A stretch of 64,000 nt of DNA from Gemmatimonadota bacterium (GCA_031372565.1 JANMLN010000057.1:15025-79024); one strand, 5' to 3'; positions 27,669 through 37,783 are shown, counted from the stretch's first letter. Notes: generated by a model from the letters alone, not told the origin. Numbers and translations are program-made.

Positions 27669-29348
27669 GTGCAGACAACAGAGTTCGACGCAATCGTGGT
27701 AGGCTCCGGCATCTCCGGGGGCTGGGCGGCCAAGGAGCTCACCGAAAAGGGGCTCAAGGTCCTGCTGCTCGAGCGCGGTCGGGATGTCAAGCACGTCGTG
27801 GACTACAAGAACGCGACCAAGGCCCCGTGGGACTACGCCCATCGTGGCGGGCGCACCACGGAGATGGAGCGGCAGTATCCCGTGCTCAAGCGCGACTATC
27901 CGCTCAACGAGAAGAACCTCGACTTCTGGGTGAAGGACGAAGAGTCCCCCTACACCGAGGTCAAGCGCTTCGATTGGTACCGCGGGTACCAGGTCGGCGG
28001 ACGCTCGCTGATGTGGGGGCGCCAGAGCTATCGACTGAGCGACCTCGACTTCGAGGCCAACGCCAAGGAGGGGATCGCTGTCGATTGGCCGATCCGTTAC
28101 GCGGAGATCGCGCCGTGGTACGACAAGGTCGAGCGTTTTGCCGGCATCTCCGGATCGCTCGAGGGCTTGCCGCACCTCCCCGATGGCCAGTTCCAGCCGG
28201 CGATGCCGCTCAACTGCGGCGAGGAACTCGTCTCGAAGCGGCTCAAGACGAAGTTCGGCGGTACGCGCCGACTGATCCCGGGACGCACGGCCAACCTGAC
28301 CAAGGCGCTGCAGGGTCGCGCGCCGTGCCAGTCGCGCAACGCCTGCTGGCTGGGCTGTCCCTATGGCGCCTACTTCAGCACGCAGTCGTCCACGCTGCCC
28401 GCAGCCGTCGCCACCAAGCGCCTCACGCTCAAGCCCTTCTCGATCGCCAGCGAAGTGCTGTACGACAAGGACAAGAAGCGGGCGACCGGCGTGCGCGTGA
28501 TCGACGCCAACACCAACGCGGTCACCGACTACAAGGCGAAGGTCATCTTCCTCTGCGCATCGACGCTCAACTCGACGTGGCTCCTGATGCGCTCGGCGAC
28601 CGACCTGTGGCCGCAGGGGCTCGGCTCGAGCTCGGGTGAGCTTGGCCACAACCTGATGGACCATCACTTCCGCCTCGGCGCCTCGGGCAAGATCGAGGGG
28701 CTCGAGGACAAGTATGTCTTTGGAAGCCGCCCGACCGGCTACTACATCCCGCGCTTCCGCAACATCGGGAGCGACAAGCGCGAATACCTGCGTGGCTTCG
28801 GCTACCAGGGTGGTGCGTCGCGCGAAGGATGGGGCCGCGCGGTCGCGGAACTCGGTGTGGGCGGCGGCTTCAAGGACGCGATGGCGATGCCCGGCGGCTG
28901 GACGATCGGCGGCACGGCCTTCGGCGAGATGCTGCCGAACCATGACAACAAGGTCTCGCTCGACGAGGCCAAGAAGGACAAGTGGGGCATGCCGGTGCTC
29001 AAGATCGACTGCGCGATCGGCGAGAACGAACAGAAGATGCGCAAGGACATGACGGCCGACATGGCGGAGATGCTCACCGAGTCCGGCGTGAAGGATGTCC
29101 GGACGTTCGACGCCGGCTACTTCCCGGGGCAAGGCATCCACGAAATGGGTACCGCGCGCATGGGCAGGGACCCCAAGACGTCGGTGCTGAACAAGCACAA
29201 CCAGGTCTGGGACGCGCCGAACGTCTTTGTCACCGATGGCTCGGGGATGACCTCGGCCTCCTGCGTCAATCCGTCGCTGACCTACATGGCCCTCACCGCC
29301 CGGGCTGCCGATTTCGCGGTGCGGGAACTCAAGAAGCGCACCCTCTAG
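27669..29348 (+). CDS. GMC oxidoreductase, glucoside 3-dehydrogenase catalytic subunit (LacA-like)
   Basis: DAIVVGSGISGGWAAKELTEKG, VGGRSLMWGRQ, Cys cluster C..RNAC..GCP, IHEMGTARMG, NPSLTYMALTARA. Confidence 0.92.
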   Translation: MQTTEFDAIVVGSGISGGWAAKELTEKGLKVLLLERGRDVKHVVDYKNATKAPWDYAHRGGRTTEMERQYPVLKRDYPLNEKNLDFWVKDEESPYTEVKRFDWYRGYQVGGRSLMWGRQSYRLSDLDFEANAKEGIAVDWPIRYAEIAPWYDKVERFAGISGSLEGLPHLPDGQFQPAMPLNCGEELVSKRLKTKFGGTRRLIPGRTANLTKALQGRAPCQSRNACWLGCPYGAYFSTQSSTLPAAVATKRLTLKPFSIASEVLYDKDKKRATGVRVIDANTNAVTDYKAKVIFLCASTLNSTWLLMRSATDLWPQGLGSSSGELGHNLMDHHFRLGASGKIEGLEDKYVFGSRPTGYYIPRFRNIGSDKREYLRGFGYQGGASREGWGRAVAELGVGGGFKDAMAMPGGWTIGGTAFGEMLPNHDNKVSLDEAKKDKWGMPVLKIDCAIGENEQKMRKDMTADMAEMLTESGVKDVRTFDAGYFPGQGIHEMGTARMGRDPKTSVLNKHNQVWDAPNVFVTDGSGMTSASCVNPSLTYMALTARAADFAVRELKKRTL

Positions 29349-29356
29349 GCGAGGTC

Positions 29357-29968
29357 ATGCACATGTCGAACGAAACCCACGACTCGACCGGGATCGACCG
29401 CCGCGAAGCGGTGCGGCGCGTCTCGATGATGCTCGGCGGTGTCGCGCTGATCGGGAGCAACGGGCTCCTCACCGGCTTCCGACGCGCGTTGTCGCCGGAG
29501 GAACTCGCCGACGGCCTCTTCACCGCCGCCGACATCGCCTGGCTGGATGAGGTGGCCGACACGATCCTGCCGACGACGAGCACCCCGGGCGCGAAGGCGG
29601 CGCAGGTCGGCGCCTTCATCGCGGTGATGGTCACCGACACCTACGAGAAGGCGAAGCAGCAGACCTTCCTCGAGGGGATGAAGACGCTCGAGACCGAAAG
29701 CGTCAACGCGCACGCTGTCGGCTTCCTCGCGGCGACATCCGCACAGCGCCTGTCGCTGCTTGAGCGGATCGACCGTGAGGCGCATGCCGCCATGAAGAAG
29801 CCCGGTGCCACGCATTACTTCCGGATGATCAAGGAACTCACCCTGCTCGGGTACTTCACCTCGAAGATCGGCTGCACGCAGGCGCAGCGATATGTCGAGT
29901 CGCCAGGGCGGTTCGATCCCTGCGTGCCGTACACGAAGGGCGAGAAGAGCTGGGCCGGGCACGCCTGA
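29357..29968 (+). CDS. Gluconate 2-dehydrogenase subunit 3 family (LacC-like Tat escort subunit)
   Basis: Tat-like IDRREAVRR, LDEVADTILP.T.TPGAKAA, YFRMIKELTLLGYFTS.IG. Confidence 0.88.
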   Translation: MHMSNETHDSTGIDRREAVRRVSMMLGGVALIGSNGLLTGFRRALSPEELADGLFTAADIAWLDEVADTILPTTSTPGAKAAQVGAFIAVMVTDTYEKAKQQTFLEGMKTLETESVNAHAVGFLAATSAQRLSLLERIDREAHAAMKKPGATHYFRMIKELTLLGYFTSKIGCTQAQRYVESPGRFDPCVPYTKGEKSWAGHA

Positions 29969-29974
29969 GTCCTG

Positions 29975-31366
29975 ATGAGCATCGCCCCGGCTGGCAGCGC
30001 CGGCCTCACCTTGCCTGACGCCGGTGCCGTTCAGCCCATGAACGGTCGCCTCTTCTACTGGGCCGTCACGTCGGCGCTGGCCGGGTTCCTGTTCGGCTTC
30101 GATACGGTGGTGATCTCGGGCGCCGAGCAGACGATCCAGTCGTTGTGGGGGCTGAGCGCGGCGATGCACGGCATCGCGATGGGGGCGGCGCTGTACGGCA
30201 CGGTGCTCGGCTCGCTGGTCGGGGGCTGGCCCGCGGACCGCTTCGGCCGGCGGGCCACCCTGCTCTCGATCGGCCTCCTCTACATCGTCTCCGCGGTCGG
30301 CTGCGGCTTCGCGTGGAACGTGCAGGTGTTCATCCTGGCGCGACTCATTGGCGGAATCGGCATCGGCGTGTCCACCGTGGTGGCGCCCCTGTACATCAGC
30401 GAGATCGCGACGCCGGCCCATCGCGGCAAGCTCGCCGGCATGTTCCAGTTCAACATCGTGTTCGGCATCGTCGTCGCGTTCGCCTCGAACGCGCTCCTGG
30501 CCGGCATCGGCGACGACGCGTGGCGCTGGATGCTCGGCGTGGCGGCCATTCCGTCGGTGATCTACACGGTGATGTGCCTCGGCATCCCCGAGAGCCCGCG
30601 CTGGCTGCTCACGCGCCGGAACGACCGCGCGGCGGGGCTCAAGGTGCTCGCGCTCATCGAGCCGACGGCCACGCCGGCGCAGCTCGAGCAGGCCGCCACC
30701 GACATCACCGCCGGCGCCACGGCGCAGACGAGCACGCGCGGCTTCTGGTCGATGCGCCTCAAGGTGCCGATCCTGCTCGCGTTTCTCGTCGCGTTCTTCA
30801 ACCAGCTCTCGGGGATCAACGCGATCCTGTACTTCGCGCCGCGCATCTTCGAGATGACGGGCTTGGGCGCCAAGGCGGCGCTGCTGCAGTCGGTGGGGAT
30901 CGGCATCACCAACCTGGTCTTCACGTTCGTCGGGTTGTGGCTCATCGATCGCCTGGGCCGCAAGACGCTGCTCACGATCGGATCGTACGGCTACATCGCG
31001 TCGCTTGGGCTCTGCGCGTGGGCCTTCTTCACCGGACACTTCGCGATCGTGCCGGCGTGCATCTTCGCCTTCATCGCCGCGCATGCGATCGGCCAAGGCA
31101 CGGTCATCTGGGTGCTCATCTCGGAGATCTTTCCCAACCAGTACCGCGCCACGGGCCAGTCGCTCGGCAGCGCCACGCACTGGGTCTTCGCGGCGCTGCT
31201 CACGACGGTCTTTCCCGCGATGGTCAGCGCCTTCCCGCCCGGGTACATCTTCCTGTTCTTCTGCGGGATGATGGTGCTGCAGCTCCTGTGGGTGCGCACG
31301 ATGGTGCCCGAGACCAAGGGAGTGCCGCTCGAGGAGATCCAGCGCCAGCTCGGCGTCGTGGCATGA
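29975..31366 (+). CDS. Sugar porter family MFS transporter (probably fructose; start may be 30038)
   Basis: GFLFGFDT.VISG, DRFGRR, PLYISEI, PESPRWL, QLSGINAILY, PETKG. Confidence 0.93.
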   Translation: MSIAPAGSAGLTLPDAGAVQPMNGRLFYWAVTSALAGFLFGFDTVVISGAEQTIQSLWGLSAAMHGIAMGAALYGTVLGSLVGGWPADRFGRRATLLSIGLLYIVSAVGCGFAWNVQVFILARLIGGIGIGVSTVVAPLYISEIATPAHRGKLAGMFQFNIVFGIVVAFASNALLAGIGDDAWRWMLGVAAIPSVIYTVMCLGIPESPRWLLTRRNDRAAGLKVLALIEPTATPAQLEQAATDITAGATAQTSTRGFWSMRLKVPILLAFLVAFFNQLSGINAILYFAPRIFEMTGLGAKAALLQSVGIGITNLVFTFVGLWLIDRLGRKTLLTIGSYGYIASLGLCAWAFFTGHFAIVPACIFAFIAAHAIGQGTVIWVLISEIFPNQYRATGQSLGSATHWVFAALLTTVFPAMVSAFPPGYIFLFFCGMMVLQLLWVRTMVPETKGVPLEEIQRQLGVVA

Positions 31367-32253
31367 ACCAGCCGCCGGTGGTCGTCGGCCTTGGCGAAGT
31401 GCTGTGGGACGTCTATCCCGATGGCGCGCACTTCGGCGGGGCGCCGGCGAATTTCGCGTGCCACGCCGCCAACCTGGGCGCCGACGCGTGGATGGTGAGC
31501 GCGGTGGGCGCCGATGCGCTGGGTGACCGCGCGCTGGCCGCGTTGAACGAGCGCCACGTGCATTGCGACCCGGTGCAGCGCGACCCCGCACACGCCACCG
31601 GCCAGGTGCACGTGATGCTCGACGCGACCGGGAAGCCCTGCTACCGGATCGCCCTCGGTACCGCGTGGGACCACATCGCCTGGACCGACGTGCTGGCGCG
31701 CTTGGCGACGCGCTGCGACGCCGTGTGCTTCGGCACGCTCGGGCAGCGGTCGTCCACGTCCCGCGCGACGATCCGCCGCTTCGTCGAGGCCACACCGCGC
31801 GGCGCTCTTCGCGTGTTCGACGTGAACCTGCGCCAGGCGTTCTACGATGCCGAGACGATCAACGCGTCGCTGCAGCTCGCCTCGGCGGTCAAGTTGAACG
31901 ACGAGGAGCTGCCGATCATCGCCGAGCTGTGCGGCATTGGCGGGGACACGCCGCGCGAGACGCTGCGCGCCCTGATGAGCCGCTACGAGCTGCGGCTGGC
32001 TGCGCTCACGCGCGGGGCGCGAGGGGCGCTGTTGATGGAGGAGCGCGGCGAGGATGAATGCGCGGCTCCGTCGCTGGCCGCGGTGGATACCGTCGGCGCC
32101 GGCGATGCGTTCACCGCGACGCTCGTCGCGGGCGTCCTGCGCGGGTTGCCGCTGTCGCAGATCAACGTGCACGCCAATGCCGTGGCGTCGTTCGTCTGTT
32201 CGCAGGCGGGTGCCACGCCCTCGCTGCCCGATTCCCTCCGGTCGTTCGCATGA
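31363..32253 (+). CDS. PfkB-family carbohydrate kinase (fructokinase-like)
   Basis: GEVLWD, GGAPANFA, FD.NLR, VKLNDEE, DTVGAGDAF; ATGA-coupled. Confidence 0.92.
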   Translation: MNQPPVVVGLGEVLWDVYPDGAHFGGAPANFACHAANLGADAWMVSAVGADALGDRALAALNERHVHCDPVQRDPAHATGQVHVMLDATGKPCYRIALGTAWDHIAWTDVLARLATRCDAVCFGTLGQRSSTSRATIRRFVEATPRGALRVFDVNLRQAFYDAETINASLQLASAVKLNDEELPIIAELCGIGGDTPRETLRALMSRYELRLAALTRGARGALLMEERGEDECAAPSLAAVDTVGAGDAFTATLVAGVLRGLPLSQINVHANAVASFVCSQAGATPSLPDSLRSFA

Positions 32254-33809
32254 GACGTCTCGTCGTGGTGGCGTCCCTCATCGCGGCCGTGTCGCTGGCG
32301 GCGACGCCGGCGCAGACACGGGCGCAGGCAGCGGCCGCCGCCGTTTCGTCCCGCGAGCCCTTCCGCCCCGGCTTCCACTTCACGCCGGCTCGCAACTGGA
32401 TGAACGACCCGAACGGCATGGTGTTCTACGACGGCGAGTGGCACCTGTTCTACCAGTACAACCCGTTCGGCGACACGTGGGGCCACATGAGCTGGGGCCA
32501 CGCGGTGAGCCGCGATCTCGTGCGGTGGGAGCATCTCCCCGTGGCGCTCGACGAGGCCGACAGGGTGATGATCTTCAGCGGCAGCGCGGTGATTGACTGG
32601 CGCAACACGAGTGGATTCGGCGTGGGGGGCAAGCCGCCGATGGTCGCGATCTACACCGGGCACCGCGAGGGGCACCAGGACCAGCGCATCGCGTACAGCA
32701 ACGACCGCGGGCGCACCTGGACCAAGGCGCCGGGCGGTCCGGTGCTCGACCTGCAGATGGCCGACTTCCGCGATCCGAAGGTGTTCTGGCACGCGGCGAC
32801 GGCGCGGTGGATCATGGCGGTGTCGATTCCCCTCGAGCACCGGCTGCACTTCTACGCGTCGAGCAACCTGAAGCAGTGGAGCAAGGTCGGTGAGTTCGGG
32901 CCGGCGGGGTCGGTGGATGGCATCTGGGAGTGTCCCGATCTCTTTCCGGTCCCCGTCGAGGGGGGCGGCACGAAGTGGGTGCTCATCGTGAACCTCAACC
33001 CGGGCGGGCCCGCAGGCGGCTCTGGGAGCCAGTACTTCGTGGGCGAGTTCGACGGCGCGCGCTTCGTGGCCGACACCGCTGGCGGCCCGGGCCCGCACTG
33101 GGCCGACTTCGGCGCCGATTTCTACGCCGGCGTCTCGTGGAACGACGTGCCGGCCAAGGACGGCCGCCGCGTGTGGCTCGGGTGGATGAGCAACTGGAAC
33201 TACGCGCAGGCGGTGCCCACGTCGCCGTGGCGGAGCGCGATGACCGTGCCGCGCGTGCTGACGCTGCGACGCACGAGCGACGGGTGGCGGCTCGTGCAGA
33301 CGCCGGTGCGGGAGCTTGCATCGTTGCGCCGTGGCAGGCCGCGGGTCTTCGCCGGCGGCACCGTCGCGGACGCCAATGCGTGGCTCGCGCGGCAGGGCGA
33401 CCTGCCGGCGCTCCTCGATGTGGAGCTCACGTTCAGCGGAATGCGTGGCGCGTCCGCGTTCACGCTCGAGCTGTCCATCGGCGGCGAAACTCGCACCACG
33501 CTGCAGGTGGATGCCGGACGAGCGCAACTCGTGCTCGACCGCTCGCGCTCGGGTCTGGTGGCGTTCCACAAGGACTTCTCGCTGCGCCACCCCGCGCCGC
33601 TGCGCCTCACCAATGGTGCCGTCCAACTGCGGCTGCTGCTCGATGCCTCCTCGCTCGAAGTCTTCGCGCAGCACGGGGAGACGGTGCTCACCGACCTGAT
33701 CTTCCCGCCCGCCGGGGCGCGGCGGCTCTCGCTCACGTCGAGCGGCGATCCCCCGCGCGTGCAGGGCATCACGATCCGGCCCTTGGCGGCTGGCGCGACG
33801 GCGCGGTAG
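32250..33809 (+). CDS. GH32 beta-fructofuranosidase/levanase, secreted
   Basis: Signal peptide; WMNDPNG, FSGSA, FRDPKV, WECPD catalytic motifs. Confidence 0.95.
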   Translation: MRRLVVVASLIAAVSLAATPAQTRAQAAAAAVSSREPFRPGFHFTPARNWMNDPNGMVFYDGEWHLFYQYNPFGDTWGHMSWGHAVSRDLVRWEHLPVALDEADRVMIFSGSAVIDWRNTSGFGVGGKPPMVAIYTGHREGHQDQRIAYSNDRGRTWTKAPGGPVLDLQMADFRDPKVFWHAATARWIMAVSIPLEHRLHFYASSNLKQWSKVGEFGPAGSVDGIWECPDLFPVPVEGGGTKWVLIVNLNPGGPAGGSGSQYFVGEFDGARFVADTAGGPGPHWADFGADFYAGVSWNDVPAKDGRRVWLGWMSNWNYAQAVPTSPWRSAMTVPRVLTLRRTSDGWRLVQTPVRELASLRRGRPRVFAGGTVADANAWLARQGDLPALLDVELTFSGMRGASAFTLELSIGGETRTTLQVDAGRAQLVLDRSRSGLVAFHKDFSLRHPAPLRLTNGAVQLRLLLDASSLEVFAQHGETVLTDLIFPPAGARRLSLTSSGDPPRVQGITIRPLAAGATAR

Positions 33810-33884
33810 GTCACCGCCCTGTGTGCCCGCAGCAGGTCCCGGCAGGCGATCGACGGACGGCCGCCCCCGCCTGCGGGTCGCCTC

Positions 33885-34046
33885 ATGCCACGTCCACTCA
33901 CCCACGCGTTGCTCCGCCTCGGACTCGCCTCCGCCGCAGCCGCATGGGCTGATCGCGCCAGCCCCTCGCTGCGCGCCCAAGCACACGACATACTTCCGAT
34001 ACCCCGCGTGAAGGTCCTGCCCCGTCACACGAGGGGCATCTGGTGA
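33885..34046 (+). pseudogene. Possible remnant of a secreted-protein gene (53 aa)
   Basis: MPRPLTHALLRLGLASAAAAWADRASPSLRAQAH... resembles local signal peptides and then stops. Confidence 0.25.
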
Positions 34047-34129
34047 GGCGCCGCGCGAACGCCCGGTCGCCCGCGCCATGACGTAGCGTTCTCCTGTCCA
34101 CGATGTTGTCGGCCGCCGACCCGCCCACC

Positions 34130-34795
34130 ATGCCTGTCGTTCTCACTGCGCGCGCCATTCTCTTCGACATGGACGGCACCATCGTGGACTCCAGCATCCC
34201 GATCCGCACATGCTGGGGACAATGGGCCGACCGTCATGGCCTCGACGTTCATGAGGTGCTGCACGTGGCGCACGGTCGACGCTCGCAGGACACGATCCGC
34301 CACCTGTTGGCGCACCGCGGTACGGACGTCGCGCGTGCCGAGACGGCGTGGCTCGACGACTGCGAGGTCCGCGAGGCGCACGCCACGCTCCCGTTGCCCG
34401 GAATCCGCGACGTCCTCGACGCCCTGCCGGTGGGTCGTTGGGGGATCGTGACATCGGCGGCGCTGGAAGTCTGCAAGCGCCGCCTCGAGGCGGCCGGACT
34501 TCCCCTCCCTGCGGTCATCGTCTCGGGAGAAGACGTCACGCTCGGCAAGCCCGCGCCGGACGGCTACCGACTCGGCGCCGCGCGACTGGGGTTTGCGCCG
34601 GCCGACTGTCTGGCGTGCGAGGACACGCCAACGGGCATCGCAGCGGGCCGCGACGCCGGCATGCGCATGGTCGGCCTTGTCACCACGAACACCGCCGATG
34701 CACTCGGCGGGTGCGAAGTGCTCTGCAGTGATTGGCTCGGCGTCCAGGTGACCACGACTCACGACGCCATCACCCTCACGTTCCCCACCCAATGA
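34130..34795 (+). CDS. HAD-IA sugar phosphatase (YfbT/HxpA-like)
   Basis: LFDMDGT.VDS, HGRR, IVTSA, GKPAPDGY, EDT..GI.AG..AGM. Confidence 0.9.
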   Translation: MPVVLTARAILFDMDGTIVDSSIPIRTCWGQWADRHGLDVHEVLHVAHGRRSQDTIRHLLAHRGTDVARAETAWLDDCEVREAHATLPLPGIRDVLDALPVGRWGIVTSAALEVCKRRLEAAGLPLPAVIVSGEDVTLGKPAPDGYRLGAARLGFAPADCLACEDTPTGIAAGRDAGMRMVGLVTTNTADALGGCEVLCSDWLGVQVTTTHDAITLTFPTQ

Positions 34796-36273
34796 ATCGT
34801 CGCGAGTTGCTCCGGCGCGCCGCGGCAGGCGCCGCCGCTCCGCTGCTGGGCGCCACCACGGCCGCACCTGCGGCTGCGGCTGTCAAGGCAGAAGCCGTCC
34901 CGACGCTCGGGCGCTTTCCCGCAAAGTTCAAATGGGGGGCCGCGACGGCGGCATATCAGGTGGAGGGAGCCGCCGACGAGGACGGGCGCTCTCCCAGCAT
35001 CTGGGACAGCTTCTCGCACACGCCCGGTCGCGTCCTCAACGGCGACACAGGCGATGTGGCGTGCGACCACTACCACCGCGTCGCCGATGATGTTCGCCTC
35101 ATGGCCGACCTCGGCGTGCGCCACTACCGCTTCTCGATCGCGTGGCCGCGCATCGTGCCGGGTGGTCGAGGTGCGGTGAACGAGCGAGGGGTGGATTTTT
35201 ACAAGCGCCTCCTCGACGCGCTGCAGCAACATGGCATCACGCCACACGCCACCCTGTATCACTGGGACCTCCCGCAGGCGCTGCAGGACCGGTACCGCGG
35301 ATGGCAATCTCGCGAGGTGGCGGACGATTTCGCGGCCTATGCGGACGTGGTCGCGCGGCGCCTGGGCGACCGGATCACGAGCTGGATGACGATCAACGAG
35401 ATCTCCACGATGGCATTCGTGGGGTATGGTGTCGGCAGCCCCGGGGCCCACGCGCCCGGGCTCGCGCTCGCGCGGCCGCGCGACCGATGGCAGGTGATCC
35501 ATCACGCCCTGCTTGCCCACGGGCGCGCGGTGCAGGCGATCCGGGCCTCGGCTTCGCGGCGTCCGTCCGTGGCGGCCGCCGAGAACGTGAATCCTTTCGT
35601 GCCCGTCATCGAGACGCCTGAAGATCTGGCCGCAGCGCGGCTCGCCTTCGCGCGCAGCGACGCGAACGCGACGATCACCATGCCGATGCTCACGGGCAAG
35701 TACGACGCGTGGTGGTGGGACCACCAGGGCGCCGAGGTACCCGAGGTGCGCGACGGCGACATGGCGACGATCCACCAACGGCTGGACTGGTTCGGCTTCA
35801 ATTGCTACACCGGCGCCTACGTCCGCGCCGCCAACACGCCGGCCGGCTTCGAACTGCTCGACACCCCCGCCGGATATCCCCGGATGGCGCTGCCGTGGTT
35901 GCAGATGGTCCCCGAGTCCATCTACTGGGGCATCCGCCACATCGGCGAGGTCACCGGCCAGCGCCGGTTGCCGATCGTGATCACCGAGAATGGGTGCGCG
36001 GACGCCGGTCCGATCGTCCGCGACAACGACGTGCAGGACGTGGACCGCGTCATGTACCTGCGTTCCTACCTGCGGCAGGTGCTGCGCGCCGTCGACGAGG
36101 GGCTGCCGGTCGTCGGCTACTTCCCCTGGAGCCTGATGGACAACTTCGAGTGGGCCGAAGGCTACACGAAGCGGTTCGGTCTCGTGCACGTGGACTATCC
36201 GACGCAGCGCCGCACGCCGAAGCTCAGCGCGCACTGGTTCCGCGAGGTGATCCGCACGGGCCGCGTGGTGTGA
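34792..36273 (+). CDS. GH1 beta-glucosidase with Tat signal
   Basis: MNRRELLRR signal; WGAATAAYQVEG, YRFSIAWPRI, TINE, ITENG, WSLMDNFEW. Confidence 0.95.
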   Translation: MNRRELLRRAAAGAAAPLLGATTAAPAAAAVKAEAVPTLGRFPAKFKWGAATAAYQVEGAADEDGRSPSIWDSFSHTPGRVLNGDTGDVACDHYHRVADDVRLMADLGVRHYRFSIAWPRIVPGGRGAVNERGVDFYKRLLDALQQHGITPHATLYHWDLPQALQDRYRGWQSREVADDFAAYADVVARRLGDRITSWMTINEISTMAFVGYGVGSPGAHAPGLALARPRDRWQVIHHALLAHGRAVQAIRASASRRPSVAAAENVNPFVPVIETPEDLAAARLAFARSDANATITMPMLTGKYDAWWWDHQGAEVPEVRDGDMATIHQRLDWFGFNCYTGAYVRAANTPAGFELLDTPAGYPRMALPWLQMVPESIYWGIRHIGEVTGQRRLPIVITENGCADAGPIVRDNDVQDVDRVMYLRSYLRQVLRAVDEGLPVVGYFPWSLMDNFEWAEGYTKRFGLVHVDYPTQRRTPKLSAHWFREVIRTGRVV

Positions 36274-37730
36274 GCGTGCGCTGGCTCGCGGCGCCGACGC
36301 TCCTGCTGGCGCTCGCCGTCGCGGGGCCGGGGACGCCTGCGGCGGCCTCGGGCCAGGCCGCGGTCGCCGCGTCGCACGCGGCACCATTGCGCTGGTGGCG
36401 CACCACCGCCGATGCGATCGAGCGCGTGGCCGCGCGTACACCGCTGTTGCCCACGCGCGCGGCCACCGGCGACGTCGTCGTGCGCGTGGACCACGTCCGC
36501 CGCTACCAGACGATCACGGGCTTTGGCGCCGCGCTCACCGATGCCTCGACCATGCTGGTTGAAGCGCTGCCTGCCGCGCGGCGTGATTCGCTCTGGCGCG
36601 CACTCTTCGCGCGTGGCGACGGTGGGACGGGCCTCTCGGTGCTGCGCGTGCCGATCGGCGCATCGGATTTCTCGGTGCGACACTACTCGTACGACGACGT
36701 CCCACCGGGCGAGACGGATTCCACACTCGCGCATTTCTCCACGGCGGCGGAACCTGCGGCACGGATGCCGCTCCTGCGGGCCGCGAAGGCGCTCAACCCG
36801 GACCTGCGCGTCGTGCTCGCACCATGGAGCGCGCCCGCATGGATGAAGACGAGCGGCTCGCTCATCGGCGGCACGCTGAAGGACGACCAACTGGCCGCCT
36901 ACGCCCGCTACCTCGTCGAGACCGTGCTCGCCTATCGCGCGGCGGGCGTGCCCGTCGCCGCGCTGTCGGTGCAGAACGAGCCGGCGTTCACGCCGCCCGA
37001 CTACCCGGGCATGCGCCTGACCGCCGCTCAGCGGGCCGCCCTCGTGGCGCAGCACCTCGGTCCGGCACTCGCGCGCGCCGCGTCCGGCGTGCAGTTGCTC
37101 GAGTGGGACCACAACTGGGACCAGCCCGGCGAACCGCTGGCCGTTCTGCAAGACCCGGCCGCGCGACGCTGGATCGCCGGCGTGGCGTGGCACTGCTACG
37201 CCGGCGACGTGACCGCGCAGGACTCGGTGCATCGCGCCTTCCCTCGGGTCGCCACCTGGTTCACCGAATGCGCTGGGGGCCGCTGGGCACCCGAGTTCGC
37301 TGGCAACTTGCGCTGGAATGTGGCCACGCTGGTCGTCGGAGCGCTGCGGCATTGGGCCACCGCTGTGGTGTGGTGGAACCTCGCACTCGACGCCGACGGC
37401 GGGCCGCACCTCGGCGGCTGCGGCAACTGTCGCGGCGTTCTCGCCGTGGACACGCTGACCGGCATCGTCACGCCCAATGTCGAGTACGACGTGCTGGCGC
37501 ACGCGAGCCGCGTCCTGCGCCCGGGCTCCGTGCGCGTCGCGTCCGATGACCGGCCCGGCGGGATCCGCAGCGTGGCGGTCGTCCACGCCGATGGCGGCCG
37601 CGGCATCGTGCTCCTCAACGAGGGCACGACCGAGGTTATCGTCGCGCTCCGCGAGGGCTCGCGCACCTGGCGTCTGGTCCTGCCAGCCGGGGCCGTGGTG
37701 TCGGCGATGTGGGGACCGCCGCGCGACTGA
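36270..37730 (+). CDS. GH30 glycosidase (beta-1,6-glucanase/glucosylceramidase-like), secreted
   Basis: YQTITGFGA, R.PIGASDFS, PWSAPAWMK, VQNEP, WDHNWD, WHCY, FTEC. Confidence 0.92.
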   Translation: MSVRWLAAPTLLLALAVAGPGTPAAASGQAAVAASHAAPLRWWRTTADAIERVAARTPLLPTRAATGDVVVRVDHVRRYQTITGFGAALTDASTMLVEALPAARRDSLWRALFARGDGGTGLSVLRVPIGASDFSVRHYSYDDVPPGETDSTLAHFSTAAEPAARMPLLRAAKALNPDLRVVLAPWSAPAWMKTSGSLIGGTLKDDQLAAYARYLVETVLAYRAAGVPVAALSVQNEPAFTPPDYPGMRLTAAQRAALVAQHLGPALARAASGVQLLEWDHNWDQPGEPLAVLQDPAARRWIAGVAWHCYAGDVTAQDSVHRAFPRVATWFTECAGGRWAPEFAGNLRWNVATLVVGALRHWATAVVWWNLALDADGGPHLGGCGNCRGVLAVDTLTGIVTPNVEYDVLAHASRVLRPGSVRVASDDRPGGIRSVAVVHADGGRGIVLLNEGTTEVIVALREGSRTWRLVLPAGAVVSAMWGPPRD

Positions 37731-37783
37731 CGTATGAGACTGCGGAGCGCGTTCGCAACGTGCGACGCTGGCGTGCCGAAACA

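Noticed and set aside
30145..32253. Apparent 702 aa kinase
   Set aside because: The PfkB domain starts at ATG 31363 and the rest overlaps the sugar porter
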